A stretch of 64,000 bases of DNA from Bacteroidota bacterium (GTDB lineage: Bacteria; Bacteroidota; Bacteroidia; UBA7662; CANHCV01), in the NCBI GenBank assembly GCA_947459245.1, contig CANHCV010000002.1, positions 6,217-70,216 on the forward strand, read 5' to 3'. Position 1 is the stretch's first letter, and each line of letters opens with the position of its first letter. The notes beneath the pieces were generated by a model. It ran no database searches and had not been told where the DNA came from. It saw only the letters and a list, made by a program, of their open reading frames with translations. The position numbers and the translations under genes are program-made. This document shows, piece by piece, positions 56,929 through 64,000 of this stretch.

Positions 56929-58826
56929 ACCGCTTGGGGTTTTAAGGTGTCTGTTGGAGTGGGTTTAGGCTTTTCACCGTTTTCCCCTGGCTTCGTTGCT
57001 GGAGGATTTGGGTTCACGTAGCCAGGATATTTGTGAAGCAACGAACCTTCCAACATCCGCTTTTCCAATGCGGGCCGAGAGATGGAATCGTGCAAGTATT
57101 TTTCGATGAGCAATGAGCTGATGGGAGCGGCCCAAGTGGCCCCAAATCCTGCGTTTTCTACGTAAGTAGCGATAGCAATTTTGGGGTTATCTTTTGGGGC
57201 AAAAGCAATGAAAATGGAGTGATCTTCCCCATGAGGATTTTCAGCGGTTCCTGTTTTTCCGCACATGGAAACTCCTGGAATTTTGGCGATGGTTCCCGTT
57301 CCTCCTTCGATTACTTTTTCCATCGCATCCACCAAATAATTGAAGTATTCTTGTTGTACCCCGGTTTGGTGTTTTTCAACCTTGTTTTTGGGACTTTTTC
57401 GAATAATGTGAGGGGTGAAATAATGTCCGCGATTAGCAATAGCACACGCGTAATTGGCCATTTGAATGGGCGAAACCCCCAATTCTCCCTGACCAATGGC
57501 CAAACTTAAAATGGTAGCTCCCCTCCATCTCCAACCTTTGTTCACCTTGTCGTAAAACTCAGCCGTTGGTAAATTTCCTTTTACCTCTCCCGGTAAATCA
57601 ATGCCGGTTTTTTTGCCAATTCCGAAACGTTGAACGGCGGCGTACCAATCTTTGTAATTGCGGTCTACTTGGTTATCGCGATCAATCAACCGCAGAAAAA
57701 CGTTGCAATAATAGGCATTGCAGCTGGTTTGAATGGAAAATTCAAAATCAACCGGAGAGCGGTGGGCGTGGCAACCCACGTGAATGGCTCCGTTGTATCC
57801 GCCGAAACAGTTAAACGTGGTGTGCACATCAATAACGCCACGCTGCAAACCGATCAGGCCATTGATGGCCTTGAAGGTTGATCCTGGAGGGTAACTCGCC
57901 CCTTTGATGGGTCGATTAAACAAGGGTTTTAGCGGATCTTTGGCGAGAGAAGCAAAGGTTTTGCCTCGATTTCTTCCGACCAACTTATTGGGATCGAAAG
58001 TGGGTGCGCTCACAAAACAAAGGACTTCACCGGTGGATGGATCGATGGCAACAACAGATCCAATTTTGTTGGTCATTAACCTTTCTGCATAGGTTTGGAG
58101 TTCAATATCGAGGGACGTTTGAAGGTTTTCACCTGCTTTTGCCGCTACGTCTTCCTCACCATCTTTGTAACGTCCTTGCGGCCTTCCTTTCACATCGAAA
58201 TACTGATAGGAAATGCCTTTTACGCCCCTTAACCGTTCCTCGTATTCCTTCTCAATTCCAGTAATGCCCACATAATCACCCGGATTGTAGTATTGGCTCG
58301 CATCTTTGTCCAACTGCTCTTGGTTGATCTCCCCCAAGTACCCAAAAATTTGTCCGCCACTGCCATAGGGATAATTTCGGGTGTACGTTTTTTCAGCGTA
58401 GAATTGAGGGAAATGGTAAAGGCCTTCTTGAACTTTTGCATATTCTTCAACGCTCAACTGGGAAATGAAGATTTGCGGACGGTACATGCTAAAACCAACC
58501 TGTTTCCGAAGTTCGGCCATGCGTTTGCTGAAGAATTCGGGTTCGAGGTCCATCAATCGACAAAAGGTGATGGAATCGAATTCAACGGGTAAATTTTTAG
58601 GAACGAATTTGATGTCGAAAAAGGGGCGATTGATCACCATTAACTTCCCTTTTCGGTCGATGAGGCTTCCCCGCGCGGGTCGGATGATGAGTTTTTTAAT
58701 GGCGTTGTTTCGCGCGGCTTCAATGTAAGAAGAATCAATGACTTGGATGTAAAATAGGCGGCCAACGAACACCGTGAACACGGTAATGATGAACACCATC
58801 AATACTACCCGATTGTAGCTGTTCAT
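56877..58826 (-). CDS. mrdA: Penicillin-binding protein 2 (peptidoglycan D,D-transpeptidase)
   Basis: Active-site motifs STFK, SCN and KTGT. There is an N-terminal anchor and the gene is in the mre/mrd operon. Confidence 0.9.
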   Translation of the reverse strand: MNSYNRVVLMVFIITVFTVFVGRLFYIQVIDSSYIEAARNNAIKKLIIRPARGSLIDRKGKLMVINRPFFDIKFVPKNLPVEFDSITFCRLMDLEPEFFSKRMAELRKQVGFSMYRPQIFISQLSVEEYAKVQEGLYHFPQFYAEKTYTRNYPYGSGGQIFGYLGEINQEQLDKDASQYYNPGDYVGITGIEKEYEERLRGVKGISYQYFDVKGRPQGRYKDGEEDVAAKAGENLQTSLDIELQTYAERLMTNKIGSVVAIDPSTGEVLCFVSAPTFDPNKLVGRNRGKTFASLAKDPLKPLFNRPIKGASYPPGSTFKAINGLIGLQRGVIDVHTTFNCFGGYNGAIHVGCHAHRSPVDFEFSIQTSCNAYYCNVFLRLIDRDNQVDRNYKDWYAAVQRFGIGKKTGIDLPGEVKGNLPTAEFYDKVNKGWRWRGATILSLAIGQGELGVSPIQMANYACAIANRGHYFTPHIIRKSPKNKVEKHQTGVQQEYFNYLVDAMEKVIEGGTGTIAKIPGVSMCGKTGTAENPHGEDHSIFIAFAPKDNPKIAIATYVENAGFGATWAAPISSLLIEKYLHDSISRPALEKRMLEGSLLHKYPGYVNPNPPATKPGENGEKPKPTPTDTLKPQAVWPVNRKTLSSTSIAQR

Positions 58827-59347
58827 CTTGCTTTATTTTTTCGGAAGGCCGAAGGAAAATAACGAAGGATGAAGACCAAAATTCCGGTAAAAAAGGCATT
58901 GATCGTTCCGTAATACAAAACAGAGGGAGTTTTTCCAAGGTCCAAATACTCTACAGAAAACAAAAAGATTTGGTGAGCCCAAATCAACGGAAGCGCATAC
59001 AATAGGAATTGGCCGGCAGTAAGTTGATCGGGACCGTGTGCGCCAACTTCGTCGCCTTGTTCCCGCTGATTCAAGGTGTTCAACCACAATGGTGCGATGA
59101 ATCCGAGGAAAACGGCCGAAGACGTATGTATTCCTGCCGAATCGCCGAAGGCATCGATGGCGTAACCGGCCGCAAAGCCGAGGAGGATGTGCACAAAATG
59201 CGGCCATTCCCGGGGAAGTAACAACAAGAAGTACACGTAAATGGAAGGGTTCACGAAAGCCAGGGCATCAACCCGGTCGAGTACAAACGTCTGCAAGAAA
59301 AACACCAGCAGAAAACGCCACAACTGAAGAAAAATGATTCTACTCAC
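58823..59347 (-). CDS. mreD: Rod shape-determining protein MreD
   Basis: Small polytopic membrane protein directly downstream of mreC. Confidence 0.75.
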   Translation of the reverse strand: MSRIIFLQLWRFLLVFFLQTFVLDRVDALAFVNPSIYVYFLLLLPREWPHFVHILLGFAAGYAIDAFGDSAGIHTSSAVFLGFIAPLWLNTLNQREQGDEVGAHGPDQLTAGQFLLYALPLIWAHQIFLFSVEYLDLGKTPSVLYYGTINAFFTGILVFILRYFPSAFRKNKAR

Positions 59348-60173
59348 GAACGGTTGGTTTACTGGTTTCGTCCAATTTTTTAAGTTCTTCCTTGTAAAGG
59401 TTCCTAACTACATACACGTAACTCAACTTGCCTAAGTCTTCAAAGTAACGCACTTTGAGTTGGTAATTCCCTTCTTCACCACCTTTGAAAACGGCCGTTA
59501 CTTTGCCCACCGGGAAATCAACCGGATAGGAAGAATAATAGTCGGCTACCACGGTGTCTCCTTTGCGCACTTTTTCGTATCCCGGAATGTCGTTCAACGT
59601 TCCTTCGTTGAAATCGTCCCCGTCCCACGTCATGGTTGCAATGTGGTTGGATCGTTTGATTCGTGCGGGAAAACGATAATCGATATTGATGACAGGAACC
59701 ACGGTGGCGAATTTTGGAGAAACGGCAACCACTTTTCCAACCACCCCTTTGTTTCCAATTACGGCATCATCTACCCGAATTCCTGCCAAGGCACCTTGGT
59801 CGATGGTGAATCGATTTTGTTTTTCATGAAGTGAAACCCGAATCAATCGAGCTGCAATAAAATCGTATTGTTGTTTACCACTATCAACCCGATGGACCAA
59901 GGAAGCGGTATCGAACCTTTTGGACGATAGCAATAGGTTTTTAAGACGAGCATTTTCTTCGGCCAATTGTCGATTTACACGACCTAGTTCTACGTATTCG
60001 GTGATTTCAGTTTCCCAAGAACGGAACTGCCCAACGATTTCGCTGCTTCCTTGAACAAAAATGGAATCGTGGTACAATCGATCTTTTCTCAATTGGCTAA
60101 CACAAACAATTTCCAGTATGAGAAAAACCAGGAAAGGGTGGTAGCGCAGAATGAGAAAAAGGATCAGCCGCAC
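59340..60173 (-). CDS. mreC: Rod shape-determining protein MreC
   Basis: N-terminal TM helix, a coiled coil and a C-terminal beta-domain. It lies between mreB and mreD. Confidence 0.85.
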   Translation of the reverse strand: MRLILFLILRYHPFLVFLILEIVCVSQLRKDRLYHDSIFVQGSSEIVGQFRSWETEITEYVELGRVNRQLAEENARLKNLLLSSKRFDTASLVHRVDSGKQQYDFIAARLIRVSLHEKQNRFTIDQGALAGIRVDDAVIGNKGVVGKVVAVSPKFATVVPVINIDYRFPARIKRSNHIATMTWDGDDFNEGTLNDIPGYEKVRKGDTVVADYYSSYPVDFPVGKVTAVFKGGEEGNYQLKVRYFEDLGKLSYVYVVRNLYKEELKKLDETSKPTVRE

Positions 60174-60175
60174 GC

Positions 60176-61213
60176 TTAACCGTTTTTAGTCATCAAGAAA
60201 CTAAAGTTATTGATATTTTTCAGGGCGATTCCGGTCCCGCAAACCACGGCTTTCAACGGATCTTCGGCAACGTGAACCACCAATTTGGTTTTCTGCGCAA
60301 TTCGTTTATCGAGTCCACGCAGCAACGCGCCTCCACCGGTGAGGTAAATTCCCGTTTCGAAAATATCGGAGGAAAGTTCTGGAGGAGTAATTTCCAAAGC
60401 CTTCAATACCGCCGTTTCAATTTTTCGGATGGATTTGTCCAAAGCGTGGGCGATTTCGGAATAGTTGACTTTGATTTGTCGCGGAGTACCCGTGATCAAA
60501 TCGCGGCCAGAAACAGCATAATCCGGCGGCGGATTATCCAACTCTGGGATGGCCGCGCCCACGTTGATTTTGATTTGTTCGGCGGTGCGCTCCCCAATCA
60601 AAATTTTATGTTCGGTGCGGATGTAATCCAAAATGTCTTGGGTGAATTGGTCACCGGCGGTGCGCACCGATTGGTCGCAAACAATGCCGGCTAAGGCAAT
60701 AACCGCAATTTCGGAAGTTCCCCCGCCGATATCGATGATCATGTTGCCTTTCGGTTCCTCCACGTCGATTCCCATCCCAACGGCTGCTGCCATCGGCTCG
60801 TGAATCAAGTACACTTCTTTGGCGCCAGCATGTTCAGCAGAATCAATAACCGCACGTTTTTCCACCTCGGTAATTCCCGATGGAATGCAAATAACCATGC
60901 GCATGGGCGGTTTAAACAACCGCTTGCTTCCCTTGAAAATCAAATCAATCATGCCGCGAATCATGGCTTCGGCATGCGTAAAGTCGGCAATAACACCGTC
61001 GCGCAGCGGGCGAATCGTTTTGATTCCCTCGTGCGCCTTTCCGTGCATCTGCATCGCCTGACGGCCAATGGCAATCACTTTGTTCGTGCGTTGATCCACC
61101 GCCACAATCGACGGTTCGTCAATCACAATTTTATCTTTATGGATAATGAGGGTATTTGCTGTACCCAAATCAATCGCAATTTCTTGCGTGAAAAAGTCAA
61201 AAAGGCCTGCCAT
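60176..61213 (-). CDS. mreB: Rod shape-determining actin homologue MreB
   Basis: Motifs IDLGTANTLI, MIIDIGGGTSE and TGGGALL. Confidence 0.95.
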   Translation of the reverse strand: MAGLFDFFTQEIAIDLGTANTLIIHKDKIVIDEPSIVAVDQRTNKVIAIGRQAMQMHGKAHEGIKTIRPLRDGVIADFTHAEAMIRGMIDLIFKGSKRLFKPPMRMVICIPSGITEVEKRAVIDSAEHAGAKEVYLIHEPMAAAVGMGIDVEEPKGNMIIDIGGGTSEIAVIALAGIVCDQSVRTAGDQFTQDILDYIRTEHKILIGERTAEQIKINVGAAIPELDNPPPDYAVSGRDLITGTPRQIKVNYSEIAHALDKSIRKIETAVLKALEITPPELSSDIFETGIYLTGGGALLRGLDKRIAQKTKLVVHVAEDPLKAVVCGTGIALKNINNFSFLMTKNG

Positions 61214-61235
61214 GTTTAATCCGCGTTGTAACCAA

Positions 61236-61243
61236 CAAAATTA
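61236..61243 (-). promoter_or_regulatory. Candidate Bacteroidota sigma-A -7 element (TAnnTTTG) upstream of mreB
   Basis: The minus-strand sequence TAATTTTG lies about 25 nt upstream of the mreB ATG. Confidence 0.3.
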
Positions 61244-61347
61244 AATCAAAATCAGTCGCTTTCGGTCGTTTGTGAATAAAAAAAATTTGAAATCCAAAAT
61301 TGCCCTTTTTTCAAATTAAAATGCTGAAAAAGAACGGATTAGATAAG

Positions 61348-61947
61348 TTATTGAAATCCCATTTTCTTTTCCCACTCGGCCGCCTCTGGCGGACTCAGTA
61401 ACTTTTCCGATTGGATGATTTTTCCGGAAGAAACGACTTGTTGAATCATCACCTTTTCACCCATCTTCCGAATGAAAAACGTATCCATGGGCTGGGTAGC
61501 GTTTCCGTAGAAATAATCCGACTCCTCCCAGTGGTTTTTTTGGTAAGCGATTTTTTTGCGAACCCGATTATTTTCATCTAAAAACTCGATGTTTCCCTGA
61601 TGGGTTTTCTTCAGAAAGATGCGGAATGGTTTGAATCCGGAATATTTTTCCGTCACTTTCCATTCCTTTTGAAGGGGTTTTCCTTGCATTTCACTCCTCC
61701 ATCCTTCTTTCTCTTTCCATTGCTTCTCCCACGCGTATTGACTTCCCCAATAAGCGAAAACGGCGTGACCCACGGCTACCACAAAAAGTTGAAGGAAAGC
61801 AAAAAATAGGAATAACTTTTTCGCTTTTTGAAATTCTGATTTTTGGTTTTTTCGTTCGTAGAAATACGACCAAATCACTCCAATGACCAGCAAAACAAAG
61901 GCGATTTGAAAAGCCAAATTGTAGTCGGAAAGTTTTACCAGAATCAT
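61348..61947 (-). CDS. Hypothetical membrane-anchored protein
   Basis: The start is probably MILVKL..., whose ATG overlaps the mfd stop (ATGA at 61944-61947). There is one N-terminal TM helix (FQIAFVLLVIGVIWSYF). Confidence 0.5.
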   Translation of the reverse strand: MILVKLSDYNLAFQIAFVLLVIGVIWSYFYERKNQKSEFQKAKKLFLFFAFLQLFVVAVGHAVFAYWGSQYAWEKQWKEKEGWRSEMQGKPLQKEWKVTEKYSGFKPFRIFLKKTHQGNIEFLDENNRVRKKIAYQKNHWEESDYFYGNATQPMDTFFIRKMGEKVMIQQVVSSGKIIQSEKLLSPPEAAEWEKKMGFQ

Positions 61948-64000
61948 GCAGTTGTTTGAAGAATGTCTTGCAAAAGTACAAAGGCTTCTCGCAATTGATG
62001 AACCATTTGCCACTCCAATTGAATGCTTTCTCCCTTTTGTTTGAATTGCATTTTCTCGGGATGTTGTTGTGCCCACGCCAAGATTTGACCAAAAATGGGG
62101 CTTTGGTAAAAGCGTTCCACGTTTCCGGCTACCAAATGTCCCCGCATTTTGCTGTTTTTGAGAACCAATTTCTCAATTCCCAGCTGTTTCGCCAGCCTCC
62201 TCAAACGAATGACTTCCAACAAATTAAGCCCAGCTTTTGGCATGGGTCCAAAACGGTCTTCCAATTTCTTTTTGTAGGCTTCAATGCTCTCGTCGCTCTC
62301 ATCCAAATTATCCAATTCCATGTACATGGCCAACCTTTCGGTGGTGTTGTTTACGTAATTTTCGGGCAAAAACGCGTCGATTTCGGCTTCTACTTGGCAA
62401 TCGCGAACAAACGGACGATCGGGTTGATCTTGGAACAAATCCTTGAATTCCTCGTGTTTCAGTTCCTCTACCGCTTCATCCAAAATCTTGTGGTACATCT
62501 CAAAACCAATTTCGCTGATGAAACCGCTTTGCTCTCCGCCCAACAAATTCCCCGCTCCCCGAATGTCGAGGTCTTTCATGGCCACGTTGAAGCCGCTTCC
62601 AAGGTCGCTGAATTCTTCAATGGCTTTCAAGCGGCGGCGCGCCTCGTTAGAGAGTGACCTGAATGATGGCACAATTAAATAACAAAACGCTTTGGCATTG
62701 CTTCGGCCTACTCGTCCCCGCATTTGATGCAAATCGCTCAGGCCGAAATTTTGGGCCTCGTTTATGATGATGGTATTGGCATTGCTGATGTCGAGCCCGC
62801 TTTCAATAATGTTGGTAGCAACTAAAATATCGAACGCTCCATCCATGAAAGCCATCAAGGTTTCTTCCAAAGCGTCGCCTTCCATTTGCCCATGGCCCAC
62901 ACAAATGCGGGCTTCGGGAACCAATTTTTTAAGGAAAGCCGCAATCTCTTGGATGTTTTTTACCCGGTTGTGTACGAAAAATACTTGCCCATCCCGTGCC
63001 AATTCGAAACGAATGGCATCCCGAATTTTCTCTTCATTCGAAAAAAATGAACTTTTCCCATGTTCGTTCGAACTCATTAACTCGGTAGAAACCGGCTGAC
63101 GATTCGGAGGTGGAGTATTGATCACCGAAAAATCCCGAGCACCCATCAACGAAAATTGCAAGGTTCTTGGGATGGGCGTAGCGGTTAATGTTAACGTATC
63201 TACATTCACCCGGAACGACTTCAATTTTTCCTTTACCGAAACACCAAATTTTTGCTCTTCGTCAATAATCAAAAGTCCTAAATCTTTGAACTTTACATTC
63301 TTACTAACAATGGCGTGCGTTCCAATCACAATATCTACTTTGCCGTTTTCCAAAGCTGCATATACTTCTTTGGTTTCTTTGGTAGAGCGGAAACGATTCA
63401 AATAATCAACCTTCACCGGGAAATCGGCCAATCGTTCCGAGAAGGTTCGGTAGTGTTGGAAGGCCAATAACGTGGTTGGAACCAAAACGGCCACCTGTTT
63501 TCCGTCGCAAGCGGCTTTAAAGGCTGCTCGTATGGCCACTTCCGTTTTTCCGAATCCAACGTCTCCACACACCAAGCGGTCCATCGGCATTTCTTTTTCC
63601 ATATCGGTTTTTACCGCTTGGATGGCCTTGGCCTGATCGGGTGTTTCTTCGTAAATGAAGTTCGATTCCAATTCGTACAGCAAATAATTATCGGGACCAA
63701 AAGCGAAACCTTTTTGAGCCCTTCGCTTAGCATACAGAAGGATAAGGTCTTTGGCGATATCCTTGACCTTCGATTTCGTTTTGGTTTTTAATTTCTCCCA
63801 AGCATCGGAACCCAGTTTGTTCAATTTGGGGTCGGCATTTTCACTTCCGCTGTATTTGCTGATTTTGTGCAAAGAGCTGATGCTCACGTACAATAAATCG
63901 TTGTCGCGGTACAACAAGCGAACGGCTTCTTGCAGTTTTCCTTGTACTTCCAGTTTCTCCAATCCGTCGTACCGGCCGATGCCGTGATCGATGTGCACTA
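61944..64000 (-). CDS. mfd: Transcription-repair coupling factor Mfd (C-terminal roughly 685 aa; the 5' part lies beyond the window)
   Basis: Superfamily-2 helicase motifs (GDVGFGKTEVA, DEEQKFG, QMRGRVGRS) and a TRG/C-terminal domain. The ORF is open to the window edge. Confidence 0.9.
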   Translation of the reverse strand, partial: VHIDHGIGRYDGLEKLEVQGKLQEAVRLLYRDNDLLYVSISSLHKISKYSGSENADPKLNKLGSDAWEKLKTKTKSKVKDIAKDLILLYAKRRAQKGFAFGPDNYLLYELESNFIYEETPDQAKAIQAVKTDMEKEMPMDRLVCGDVGFGKTEVAIRAAFKAACDGKQVAVLVPTTLLAFQHYRTFSERLADFPVKVDYLNRFRSTKETKEVYAALENGKVDIVIGTHAIVSKNVKFKDLGLLIIDEEQKFGVSVKEKLKSFRVNVDTLTLTATPIPRTLQFSLMGARDFSVINTPPPNRQPVSTELMSSNEHGKSSFFSNEEKIRDAIRFELARDGQVFFVHNRVKNIQEIAAFLKKLVPEARICVGHGQMEGDALEETLMAFMDGAFDILVATNIIESGLDISNANTIIINEAQNFGLSDLHQMRGRVGRSNAKAFCYLIVPSFRSLSNEARRRLKAIEEFSDLGSGFNVAMKDLDIRGAGNLLGGEQSGFISEIGFEMYHKILDEAVEELKHEEFKDLFQDQPDRPFVRDCQVEAEIDAFLPENYVNNTTERLAMYMELDNLDESDESIEAYKKKLEDRFGPMPKAGLNLLEVIRLRRLAKQLGIEKLVLKNSKMRGHLVAGNVERFYQSPIFGQILAWAQQHPEKMQFKQKGESIQLEWQMVHQLREAFVLLQDILQTTA

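Overview
This is a 64-kb chromosomal segment that looks like it comes from a Bacteroidota bacterium with a gliding-motility / type IX secretion system (T9SS), and it is densely coding on both strands. Coordinates and repeat spacings below were counted by hand and should be treated as approximate.

From left to right the window contains:
- a giant surface protein gene (>3400 aa, 5'-truncated by the window edge) made of about 17 tandem repeat units of roughly 540 bp, ending in a T9SS type-B C-terminal sorting domain; its stop codon overlaps the ATG of a YfcH-like NAD-dependent epimerase gene
- a minus-strand arsenic-resistance module (arsR, acr3, then a metallophosphoesterase), followed by trmB, tRNA-Val, a rhodanese lipoprotein and an ECF sigma / anti-sigma pair
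- a conserved Bacteroidota cluster: TPR protein, PstS-like protein, tonB, two exbD genes and exbB
- an rsmB-like methyltransferase, recX, a second TonB-C protein and a geranylgeranylglyceryl-phosphate synthase (GGGPS) homologue
- two divergent T9SS type-A cargo genes, one a FG-GAP protein and one with an N-terminal CXXCH motif
- dinB, then a minus-strand lpdA / MMPL-family transporter / DUF3078 block
- a VapBC toxin-antitoxin cassette of about 0.83 kb with low GC, flanked by 77-bp direct repeats that duplicate the convergent 3' ends of a nuclease-like gene and a dsbA-like gene
- rho with a long disordered N-terminal insertion, then an overlapping radical-SAM/SPASM plus Omp85-like pair
- DUF4271-hemD, then the T9SS core operon porP/sprF-gldK-gldL-gldM-gldN
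- tmRNA (ssrA), rnhB, a hydrolase, a GH73/LysM peptidoglycan hydrolase, an O-methyltransferase, an M16 peptidase, an alkyltransferase-like (ATL) protein, the cell-shape operon mreBCD-mrdA-rodA, and the 3' part of mfd

No rRNA, CRISPR array, transposase or integrase was recognised.
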